This document shows, one piece after another, positions 51,314 through 59,291 of a stretch of 59,291 nucleotides of DNA. The stretch is from Elusimicrobiota bacterium. GTDB lineage: Bacteria; Elusimicrobiota; Elusimicrobia; Elusimicrobiales; UBA9959. The stretch is from contig DAIENX010000091.1 in assembly GCA_027340875.1 (NCBI GenBank), positions 1 to 59,291 on the forward strand. The letters are read 5' to 3'. The notes beneath the pieces were generated by a model. The model did no database searches and was not told the DNA's origin. It was given only the letters and a program-made list of their open reading frames with translations. A program made the translations under genes and the position numbers. The stretch's first letter is position 1. Each line of letters begins with the position of its first letter.

Positions 51314-51462
51314 CAGATCGATCTAGCGCGCCGTTTCTGCAGTAGAAGGCCGCTAATCCGCCCCCCGTGTTCCTTGCGCGGGGGGCGCTTCATTGCCGCG
51401 GCAAAAATCGTATAATATAGGCTGGATCCGGGCGCCGATTGCCCGGGGAAAAGGGGAAAATA

Positions 51463-52344
51463 ATGAAGAAACTGTTTATCACGATCGCTATGATATCGGC
51501 CCTCGGGCTGAACGCGGCGGCCTGGTTCGACGGCGGCCTCAGCGCCACCACCGGCCCCAGCGGCTACAGCAGGACGGACGCCTACATAACCATTGGCGGG
51601 GAGTCCATCTGGGTGAAACCCGCCCTGATGCGGCAGGATTCCGACACCCTGAGCAAGGCTTTCAACACCTACTCGGTGCGCGTGGGCAAGGAGTCGGCGG
51701 TCTACACGGTGGCCGGCGAGGTCGGCACCACGCCCTCCACTAAGTACAGCTCCACCTCCAAGTATTCCAGCACCTTCTTCGGCGGCGACATCACCTTCTC
51801 GCTGACCCCCGGCAAGGGCGGCCACGGCCGCATGGCCGGTCCCAACGCCAGGGCCGCCTCCGGCGGCGGCGAGGGCGTGACCGGCGTGGACGTGGGCGCG
51901 GGCATCAAGCATACCGACCACAAGGTGGATTCCACCGTAGCTGCCTCCGACGGCAAGACCGGCCAGAACGAGCTCTCCATCTTCGCGGGCGCCAAGATCC
52001 TGATGGCCCGCCTGGGCGCCTCCTGGTCCGGCTTCTCCTACGGCAGCGAGAAGGCGATGGCGATGGTGGACCCGGTCTCCGGCCTGTCCTACGCCCTGCT
52101 CGGAGTGCTGCCCAAGTCCAGCGTGAACGTGCGCCTGGACATACCGGCCACCGTGCCGATGATAGCCCCGTACGTCACCTACACCACCACCAAGTACAAG
52201 GGCGGCGTGGACGACTCCAACGCCTACGCCTTCGGCGCCTACATCGACCTGAACATGATCGGCGCCAACGTGATGTACCAGATATTCGACAACGGCAGCC
52301 ATAAGAACAGCTACGTGACCCTGAACGCCGGCGTGAAGTTCTAA
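51463..52344 (+). CDS. Putative outer-membrane beta-barrel protein
   Basis: Signal peptide, alternating amphipathic strands and C-terminal YVTLNAGVKF signature. Confidence 0.78.
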   Translation: MKKLFITIAMISALGLNAAAWFDGGLSATTGPSGYSRTDAYITIGGESIWVKPALMRQDSDTLSKAFNTYSVRVGKESAVYTVAGEVGTTPSTKYSSTSKYSSTFFGGDITFSLTPGKGGHGRMAGPNARAASGGGEGVTGVDVGAGIKHTDHKVDSTVAASDGKTGQNELSIFAGAKILMARLGASWSGFSYGSEKAMAMVDPVSGLSYALLGVLPKSSVNVRLDIPATVPMIAPYVTYTTTKYKGGVDDSNAYAFGAYIDLNMIGANVMYQIFDNGSHKNSYVTLNAGVKF

Positions 52345-52424
52345 GCCGGCCCGCGGCCCCCGGCCCGGGAGCGCCCGCTCCCGGCCGGAGGGACGCCCAG
52401 TCCAGTCAGCACAGCGGGAACATA

Positions 52425-54119
52425 ATGTACGAAAATCTTGCCACCAAGTACCGCCCCGGCGACCTCTCCGAGGTCATGGGGCAGGAGACCATCAAGGTTA
52501 CCCTGCAGAACGCCGTGAAGCTGGGCCGCGTCGCCCATTCCTACGTCTTCTACGGCCCCAGGGGCTGCGGCAAGACCACGATAGCCCGCATCCTGGCCAA
52601 GACCCTCAACTGCCACAAGCCCGGCAAGGACGGCGCCCCCTGCGGCAAGTGCCCCTCCTGCCTGGAGATAGCCGAAAGCAAGTCCCTCGACGTGATAGAG
52701 ATAGACGCGGCCTCCAATACCGGCGTGGACAAGGTCCGCAGCGTCATCATCGAGCAGGTGGACTTCGCCCCTTCGCGCGACAAGTACAAGATCTACATCC
52801 TCGACGAGGTGCACATGCTCTCCACCGGCGCGTTCAACGCGCTCCTGAAGACCGTGGAGGAGCCGCCCTCGCACGTGGTCTTCATCATGGCCACCACCGA
52901 GCAGAACAAGGTGCCGGCCACCATCCTTTCCCGCTCGCAGTGCTTCCGCTTCCGCCCGATACCCGAAGCGGAGATCGTTTCCAGGCTCAAGGAAGTGGCG
53001 GCCGCCGAGAAGCTGAAGGCCGAGCCCGAGGCCCTGCGCCTGATAGCCCGCTCCGCCGGCGGCGCGCTGCGCGACGCGCTCACTATGCTCGACCGCGCGG
53101 CCTCTTTCGCTCACGGCGACATCAAGGCGGACCTGATAGCCGAACTGCTGGGCTTCCCCGGCGGCGAGGTCGTCAATTCCATGGCCCTGTCGCTGGTCAA
53201 CCGCGACGCCAAGGCCCTGCACGCCGCCTTCGACAAGCTTAACGCCGAGGGCTACGACGCCCTTGCCGCGCTGCGCGAGCTGCGCAATTCCATGGCGGAG
53301 GCCTTCCTGGCCGCGCAGGGTTTCCTGGAGGGCGAGCCGGTGAAGGGCCTGCCCAAGGACCTGCAGGCCGGCACGCTGGCCCGCCTGTCCCGCAAGCTCA
53401 ACGTCATCGTGGAGGAAGTGAAGTTCTCCGACTCCCCGGCGCTCGCCGCCGAGGTGGCCCTTTTCACGCTGATAGAGGTGCCGCAGGACCTGGAAGGGCT
53501 GGTCCGGAGGCTGGAAGGCCTCGAAGGCCGCCTCTCTTCCGGGGCTCCAGCTCCCGCGCCGGCCGCACCGGCCGCGCAAAAAAAAAATCAGGATATAGCG
53601 CCGGCTCCGGCCGCTGAGGAGACTCCCGAGGAGGAGCCCGAGGAGCCGGCCGGCTCTGCCGCCCCGGACCAGGCCTCCGGCGCCGCCGCCTGGAAAAAGC
53701 TGCTAGGCTACGTCAATTCCCGCAAGCCTGCCCTCTACAACATGATGCTTTCCGTTAAGCTGGTGCCGGTGAGCGCCTCGGCCTGGCGCCTGCTTACCTC
53801 CAACAAGTTCGGCGTCAGCATGATCGAGAACTCCCGCGCCGAGCTGGAGGAGGCCCTGGCCAGGTTCGCCGGGACCCGTATAACCCTTAAACCGGAGTTC
53901 TCCGCTTCGGCGCCGGCGCAGGCGGCGGAGCCGGCCCTGCAGGAGTCCGACGATACCGATATGCCGGCCGAGCCCACCGAGGAGGAGGAGGCCATGGAGT
54001 CGCGGCCCGCCCGCTCCCCGCAGGCCGCCAAGCCGGTGTCGGCCGAGACCGAGCCGGAACTGAAGCACCTTAACAAGGTCTTCCACGGCCGCATCACCCG
54101 CATCAACAAGGTGAAATGA
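52425..54119 (+). CDS. dnaX: DNA polymerase III subunit gamma/tau
   Basis: KYRP, GPRGCGKTT, Zn module, EIDAAS, DEVHMLS..AFNALLKT.EEPP and TILSR. Confidence 0.97.
   Translation: MYENLATKYRPGDLSEVMGQETIKVTLQNAVKLGRVAHSYVFYGPRGCGKTTIARILAKTLNCHKPGKDGAPCGKCPSCLEIAESKSLDVIEIDAASNTGVDKVRSVIIEQVDFAPSRDKYKIYILDEVHMLSTGAFNALLKTVEEPPSHVVFIMATTEQNKVPATILSRSQCFRFRPIPEAEIVSRLKEVAAAEKLKAEPEALRLIARSAGGALRDALTMLDRAASFAHGDIKADLIAELLGFPGGEVVNSMALSLVNRDAKALHAAFDKLNAEGYDALAALRELRNSMAEAFLAAQGFLEGEPVKGLPKDLQAGTLARLSRKLNVIVEEVKFSDSPALAAEVALFTLIEVPQDLEGLVRRLEGLEGRLSSGAPAPAPAAPAAQKKNQDIAPAPAAEETPEEEPEEPAGSAAPDQASGAAAWKKLLGYVNSRKPALYNMMLSVKLVPVSASAWRLLTSNKFGVSMIENSRAELEEALARFAGTRITLKPEFSASAPAQAAEPALQESDDTDMPAEPTEEEEAMESRPARSPQAAKPVSAETEPELKHLNKVFHGRITRINKVK
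53578..53587 (+). other. A10 slippage/frameshift site in dnaX
   Basis: Run of 10 A at about codon 385; both shifted frames stop within 10 codons of the run. Confidence 0.75.
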
Positions 54120-54709
54120 AAGCCCTTGAAAAGATAATTGGCATCTTCCGCCGGTTCCCCGGCGTCGGCCCCAAGCAGGCCGAGCGCTTCGCCATGTACG
54201 TGGTGCGCGCCTCAGCCCCGGAGATAGAGAACCTGGTGGAGGCTCTGCGCGAGGTGAAGTCCTCGGTGAAGTACTGCGGGGAATGCTTCAACTACGCCGA
54301 GGGCGGGCTCTGCTCCGTCTGCGCCGACTCCGGCCGCGACCGCTCCTCCATCTGCGTGGTGGAGCGCCCGCAGGACCTGGCGGCCATAGAGAAGGCCAAG
54401 AGCTTCTCCGGCGTCTACCACGTCCTGCACGGCGCGGTCTCCCCGGCCGAAGGCGTCATGCCGGAGAACATCAAGCTCAAGGAACTGGTGGACCGCGTGC
54501 GCGCCTCCGACGGCGCGGTGAAGGAACTTATAATAGCCACCAACCCCGACGCCGACGGGGAGGCCACCGCCATGTACGTCACCAGGCTGCTCAAGCCGTA
54601 CGTGCCTAAGATAACCCGCATAGCCTACGGGGTGCCGCTGGGCGGGGACATCGACTACATGGACGAGGTCACGCTGGGCTACGCCCTGAAGGGCAGGGTA
54701 AATATCTAG
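54116..54709 (+). CDS. recR: Recombination mediator RecR
   Basis: PGVGPK.A.R, C4 Zn finger, YHVLHG, Toprim and GVPLGGDIDY.DEVTL..AL.GR. Confidence 0.96.
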   Translation: MKALEKIIGIFRRFPGVGPKQAERFAMYVVRASAPEIENLVEALREVKSSVKYCGECFNYAEGGLCSVCADSGRDRSSICVVERPQDLAAIEKAKSFSGVYHVLHGAVSPAEGVMPENIKLKELVDRVRASDGAVKELIIATNPDADGEATAMYVTRLLKPYVPKITRIAYGVPLGGDIDYMDEVTLGYALKGRVNI

Positions 54710-54788
54710 TAAGTTTTGAGGGGGACCGGGCGGGGGCCCGGAAGCGGACAACTTGTAACGCAGCATCGCGGCGCTAGTCCCGCGCGCT

Positions 54789-56711
54789 ATGCTTCTATCC
54801 CATTACCGCAGGCCGCTTTTCCTGCTGCTGCTGGCTTACGCCGGGACGCTGCTGCTTTTCCGCGGCCGGCTGCTGGAACCGGAGCCTTTGCCTTTCCCTC
54901 TGCCCAGGAGCGGCGTCCCCGTAGTCGGACGCCTAACCGAATACCCGGCCGCCGCGCCCGGCGGCGTACGTTTTTCACTGAGGACGGAGAGCGTGTACGG
55001 CCGTCCTCTGGAGGCCGGGCTGATGGTCTACGCCGCCGGAAGCCCTGGGGTTTCCTACGGCGATACCGTCGAGCTGCTGGCCGACCTTTCGCTGCCGCGC
55101 GGGGCCGAGTCCCCCGGCGGCCTGGACTGGGCGGAGTACCTTTCCGGGCGCGGCATAACTGCGGAGGCCAGGGCGCGGGAACTGCTGACCGCGCGGCCGG
55201 CGGGGCCGTTGCTGCGGCTGGCCAGGCGCTTCAGGGAATCAGCGCTGGCCGCCTTCAGGAAAGGACTCTCTGGCGAAGCCGCGGCCGTGTTCGGAGGGAT
55301 AGTGCTGGGGGAAAAGCGGAGCGTTCCGGCGGAGCTGAAGGCCGCCTTTCAGGATTCCGGGGCGATGCACCTGCTGGTGGCCTCCGGTTCCAATGTCGGT
55401 TTCGTAGTGGCGGTGGTTTACTTCCTCTGTTCCAGGCTTGGCCTGGGGCGCCGGCGAGCCGGCCTGGCCGCGCTGGCGCTGGCCGGCTTCTATGTTCTGG
55501 CCGCCGGCCTTGACGCGCCGCTGGTGCGGGCCTACCTGATGTTCTCGGCCGGGCTGCTGGCCTGCCTGCTGCGTCGCGAGAGCGGGACCTTCCAGGCGCT
55601 CTGCGCCGCCGCGCTGCTGATACTGCTGGCCGACCCGCGCTCGCTCTTCGCCGCCGGTTTCCAGATGTCCTTCCTGGCCGCCTACGGCCTTACAGTGGGG
55701 ATGGCGGCCTGGGGCCGCCACCTGGAGGCCGGGGGCCCCGCCTTGTCGCTGCCGGCCGTCAGTTTCTTCGCTCAGCTCTGTCTTTATCCTCTGCTGGCGG
55801 TCTACTTCCACAGGGTGTCCATGGTCTCGCTGCTTTCCAATCTGGTCCTGGTGCCGGCCTCCGGCGTGGCCATGGGATTGGGCTTCGGCCTGGCGTTGTC
55901 TGGCGGGATGGTCTTCATGGCGCTGGCGTGGACCGGCGGCGTGTTCATGGCCGCCTTTCTGTGGCTGGTGCGTTTCTTCGCCGGGCTGCCGTTCGCGGCG
56001 GTCAGCGTGCCGGAACCGTCACCGCTGGCCGTGGGCGGGGCTCTGGCCCTGGCGCTGACCGTTCTCCACGCCCCGCTGCTGGGCTTCAGGCGGCCCAGGT
56101 TTTACGCCGCCGGAGCCGCGGCGGCAGCATTGTTCCTGGCCGGGCTCTTTACCGGCGGAAGGGAGGCTTCGCGCGGGACTGCCGTCAGCCTGTTCGGGGA
56201 CCGGGAGACCTCCTGCGCGCTGGTTTCCCTGCCGTCGGGCCTCTACCTCGTGAACCCGGGGCTTTCCGGCCCGAAGCTCGCGGCCGCGGTGCTGACCTTG
56301 GGGGCCTCGGGGTTGGAGGGGGTGATCCTGACCTCGCTGGAGCGGCGCAACTACTCCGGCCTGAAGGCGCTGGCCGGCAAGGTGAGGATAAAGAGCGTGC
56401 TCCTGCCTCCCGGGCCCCGGCCTCCGTCGCTGCGCGCCGCCCTCGCGGGGGCCGAGGCGGCGGGGGCCGGAGTCAGGGTGCTATGGCCGGGCGAGGAAGC
56501 CGCGGGCGCGGCGCCGGACTGGGACGGAAGGGGACGCGGTTATACCGGGCGCGATGAATCGTATTCCTGGAGGATAGGTCCCGTCAGGCTGAGCGGCGGC
56601 GGCGGGCTGGCGGAATGGGACTGCGGCGGGCGGCGGGCCGAGCTGAAGACGGAGAGGGGGAAGGTCGTCACCGGCGGCATAGGGGAAGCCGGCGACGGCT
56701 GCGGCGGCTGA
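54789..56711 (+). CDS. comEC: ComEC/Rec2 competence protein
   Basis: OB-like region, F..SG..HLL.ASG.NV, RA..M, GFQMSF and NL..VP; degenerate metallo-beta-lactamase-like tail. Confidence 0.88.
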   Translation: MLLSHYRRPLFLLLLAYAGTLLLFRGRLLEPEPLPFPLPRSGVPVVGRLTEYPAAAPGGVRFSLRTESVYGRPLEAGLMVYAAGSPGVSYGDTVELLADLSLPRGAESPGGLDWAEYLSGRGITAEARARELLTARPAGPLLRLARRFRESALAAFRKGLSGEAAAVFGGIVLGEKRSVPAELKAAFQDSGAMHLLVASGSNVGFVVAVVYFLCSRLGLGRRRAGLAALALAGFYVLAAGLDAPLVRAYLMFSAGLLACLLRRESGTFQALCAAALLILLADPRSLFAAGFQMSFLAAYGLTVGMAAWGRHLEAGGPALSLPAVSFFAQLCLYPLLAVYFHRVSMVSLLSNLVLVPASGVAMGLGFGLALSGGMVFMALAWTGGVFMAAFLWLVRFFAGLPFAAVSVPEPSPLAVGGALALALTVLHAPLLGFRRPRFYAAGAAAAALFLAGLFTGGREASRGTAVSLFGDRETSCALVSLPSGLYLVNPGLSGPKLAAAVLTLGASGLEGVILTSLERRNYSGLKALAGKVRIKSVLLPPGPRPPSLRAALAGAEAAGAGVRVLWPGEEAAGAAPDWDGRGRGYTGRDESYSWRIGPVRLSGGGGLAEWDCGGRRAELKTERGKVVTGGIGEAGDGCGG

Positions 56712-56714
56712 GCG

Positions 56715-57284
56715 TCAGGAGCCGGGGTAGGCTTCGCGCAGCCTGGACAGGTGCGAGCGTTCCTCCTCTACCAGCCGGCGCAGGCGGGCCTGCTTCCAGG
56801 CTTCGGGGAAAGAGGTCTCCAGCGCGGCGTAGAACTCCGCCGATTTCATCTCCTGCCTGATCGCGAAAGCGACCAGCTCTTTTTCCGTAGCTTCCGGCGG
56901 CGGCGGCGCGGAGAAGAAGCCCTCGCTTTCCACTTTGCGCAGGAACTCGGGCCACTCCGTCAGGTGCGGATGGAGAGGCCTCCACCTGTCCAGGGTGTCC
57001 TGGATCAAACGCCTGTGTTGCGTTTCCTGCTCGGCCAGCCAGGCGCACAGCTTCTTGGCGTCCGGGTCCGAGGCCGCTTTTTCCATCCTAAGATACAGGT
57101 CCGTTCCCTTTTCCTCCAGCATCACGGCCAGGCGGAAGACGTCGCGCAGGCGCACGTTGGGGCCGTACTTGGCGAAGGCGCTGCCCGCGGCCGCGGAAGT
57201 ATCGGCCGGGCCGCGCCGGCGCAGCAGGAAATACGCCAAGGCGCCCGTGAAGGCCGCTAAGATACTATAGATATAATGTTCCAT
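56715..57284 (-). CDS. Rubrerythrin/ferritin-like protein with N-terminal membrane anchor
   Basis: A..LEEKG..LY, EQETQH, AI.QE..S.EFY and EEERSH di-iron pattern. Confidence 0.8.
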   Translation of the reverse strand: MEHYIYSILAAFTGALAYFLLRRRGPADTSAAAGSAFAKYGPNVRLRDVFRLAVMLEEKGTDLYLRMEKAASDPDAKKLCAWLAEQETQHRRLIQDTLDRWRPLHPHLTEWPEFLRKVESEGFFSAPPPPEATEKELVAFAIRQEMKSAEFYAALETSFPEAWKQARLRRLVEEERSHLSRLREAYPGS

Positions 57285-57311
57285 ATTATCGTTTTGCACC
57301 TGCACTGACCG

Positions 57312-57716
57312 CTAATCGAAATCCCTGCGCCGGGAATCCTTCAGGTCCGAGCGGCGCTTCTTCCCGTCCAGCCTGCGCAGCCTGGAGCCGTAGGAGGGCT
57401 TGGTGGGCCTCCTGCGTTTAGGCGGGCGCAGGGCGCGCATCACCAGCTCGGACAGACGCGCGCGCGCGGCGGCGCGGTTCTGCTCCTGCGTGCGGTATTC
57501 GCTGGCGACTATCACGATGTCGCCCTCCGTGGTCAGTTTCGAGCCGGCCAGCCCGCGCAGCCGCCCGACGGCGGCCTCCGGGAGCCCGGAGAGCGCGGGG
57601 GAGAACCTCAGCTGCACCGTGGTGGCCACCTTGTTGACGTTCTGGCCGCCGTGGCCGCCGCTCCTGACGAATTTCTCCTCGTAAGAGCCGGGCGGGGGAA
57701 AATACCTTCCTTCCAT
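57312..57716 (-). CDS. arfB: Alternative ribosome-rescue factor ArfB
   Basis: RSGG.GGQNVNKV.T.V.LR, RTQ..NR and basic tail RRPTKP..RRL..KK.RS..K. Confidence 0.92.
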   Translation of the reverse strand: MEGRYFPPPGSYEEKFVRSGGHGGQNVNKVATTVQLRFSPALSGLPEAAVGRLRGLAGSKLTTEGDIVIVASEYRTQEQNRAAARARLSELVMRALRPPKRRRPTKPSYGSRLRRLDGKKRRSDLKDSRRRDFD

Positions 57717-57752
57717 GCCCCCTATGTTACCAAATTTTCTAAAATTGGCAAT

Positions 57753-58571
57753 ATGAAGAAGATCGTCCTTATTACCGGAGCGTCCGCAGGCATCGGCTAC
57801 GCCGCGGCCGAACTGCTGCTCAAGCGCGGCTACAGGGTCTACGCCGGGGCCAGGCGCGTGGAGAAGATGCGGGGCCTGGAGTACCTGGGCGCCGTGGTGT
57901 TCCGGCTCGACGTGACCGAGGACGCCTCGCTGCGGGAGGCCGTCGAGCGCGTGATAAAGGCGGAAGGCCGGCTGGATATACTGGTGAACAACGCCGGCTA
58001 CGGCGCGCACGGGGCGCTGGAGGACGTGCCGCCGGAGGAAGCCAGGAGGCAGTTCGAGGTGAACGTCTTCGCTCCCGCGCGGCTGGCGCAGCTGGCGCTG
58101 CCGCATATGCGCGCCGCGGGCGCCGGGACCATAGTCAATATTTCCTCCATCGCGGGCAAGATCACGGTGCCGGCGGCCGGCTGGTACCATGCCAGCAAGC
58201 ACGCGCTCGAGTCCTTGTCGGACGCGCTCAGGCTGGAGGTCTCCGGCTTCGGCGTGAGGGTCGTGCTCGTAGAGCCCGGCCCGATACGGACCGAGTGGGA
58301 CGATACCGCGATGGTCAACATGGAGAAGTATTCCGGCTCCGGTCCCTACGCCCCGATGGTGCGGCGCATAACCGAGAGGTTCCGGGCCGGCTACCGCTCA
58401 GGGGCCCCCGGGCCGGAGGCGGTGGCCAGCGTGATACTGAAGGCCGTAGAGTCCGCCAGTCCGGCCGCGAGGTATCCGGTTCCGTTCACGGCGTCGGTGA
58501 TCCTGTTCCTGAAATGGCTGCTCCCGGACCGCGCGTTGGACTGGGCCATCGGCCGCGCCCTTAAAGGCTGA
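57753..58571 (+). CDS. Short-chain dehydrogenase/reductase
   Basis: TGASAGIG, NNAG, SS and YHASK motifs. Confidence 0.93.
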   Translation: MKKIVLITGASAGIGYAAAELLLKRGYRVYAGARRVEKMRGLEYLGAVVFRLDVTEDASLREAVERVIKAEGRLDILVNNAGYGAHGALEDVPPEEARRQFEVNVFAPARLAQLALPHMRAAGAGTIVNISSIAGKITVPAAGWYHASKHALESLSDALRLEVSGFGVRVVLVEPGPIRTEWDDTAMVNMEKYSGSGPYAPMVRRITERFRAGYRSGAPGPEAVASVILKAVESASPAARYPVPFTASVILFLKWLLPDRALDWAIGRALKG

Positions 58572-58793
58572 TCCGGGCGGCGGTCGCGAGACACGGAGCC
58601 TGGACCGCCTGGAATAGACGGGACATGGCTCCACGCTCCTGGCTTATGGGGGCAGTCGCGCGGTTCCTTCCCGCAGGGGAGATGAAGGCTCGGCCTTGTG
58701 CATATTTTTTGCGGGGTCAGGATTGATTGCAGAAATTGTGGTACGATGAATCTCAACGGCCTGATGCTTGCCTGGAGTGGTTTTGGAGGGGGA

Positions 58794-59291
58794 ATGATCA
58801 TTATAAAGCTTTTGCCTTTTTTATTGCTTCAGCCGGGCTATGCGGAGGTTGCGGTGTCTACCTCTGTTGTTGTCCCTGTGGAGATGGATTCCCGGGACGC
58901 AAAGTTCGAATCGGATATCGCAGAGGCAGAAAAGCGTATTAACGAGTTGGCACGTAAGAATAGGCTGTCCAACATCGAGAAAGCCGCTCTCTATCGGAAA
59001 GAAGCGCAGAAGGCGTTGGCCCGTCGGGATAGCAAGCAAATTAATAAGTTCGCGAAACTGATGTCCTCGCAGGAAAAGGCGATAGCTTTCTTCACAAAAG
59101 AGATCGAGCTTAATCCGAACTCTCAGGCTTATCACCTGCGCGGGGTCGCTTATAAGCAACTCCGCCAATACGAGAACGCCATAAAAGACTTCACGGTGGC
59201 GATAGATTTCAAGAATCAGAAAGCGGAATATCCCTTTGAATATTCCAAGGCGGAAGCATATCGCTTGCGCGGATCGGTCTATAAAGTCAAG
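58794..59291 (+). CDS. Exported TPR-repeat protein, truncated by the window end
   Basis: Manual translation from ATG 58794 (after GGAGG) is open to the end: MIIIKLLPFLLLQPGYA..AYHLRGVAYKQLRQYENAIKDFTVAI. Confidence 0.75.
   Translation, partial: MIIIKLLPFLLLQPGYAEVAVSTSVVVPVEMDSRDAKFESDIAEAEKRINELARKNRLSNIEKAALYRKEAQKALARRDSKQINKFAKLMSSQEKAIAFFTKEIELNPNSQAYHLRGVAYKQLRQYENAIKDFTVAIDFKNQKAEYPFEYSKAEAYRLRGSVYKVK

Noticed and set aside
54100..54125. Absence of ybaB/ebfC between dnaX and recR
   Set aside because: Ordinary gene-order variation; the gene may be elsewhere in the genome.

Overview
GC-rich bacterial chromosome segment with no rRNA, tRNA, CRISPR array, prophage or transposase that I can recognise. 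Gene content fits an anaerobe or microaerophile with two membranes; Elusimicrobiota is my impression only, untested. Metabolic and housekeeping genes include tryptophanase next to glcD/E-glcF, two TauE+DUF1634 pairs, a TRAP/TPAT transporter split over two loci, ferritin, fhs, malQ, ridA, murC, a flavodiiron protein, dnaX-recR, comEC and arfB. Notable features: (1) an ~11 kb tandem array (39.4-50.5 kb, plus an outlier at 34.7 kb) of uncharacterised membrane-anchored Gly/Ser/Ala-rich proteins with shared short motifs and hydrophobic or variable C-termini, the last being a 1266-aa protein with a possible pore-forming beta-hairpin; (2) next to it, a secreted protein whose 16 cysteines have exactly mirror-symmetric spacing; (3) an Hmc/Hyb-like multiheme electron conduit operon with a heme-motif sensor kinase and two receiver-GcvH-like fusion proteins lacking the lipoyl lysine; (4) a fluoride riboswitch variant in front of a cation/proton antiporter; (5) an A10 slippage site in dnaX; (6) structured non-coding repeats and a MITE-like element; (7) five point lesions each explained by one G>T/C>A change, two of them in-frame stops.
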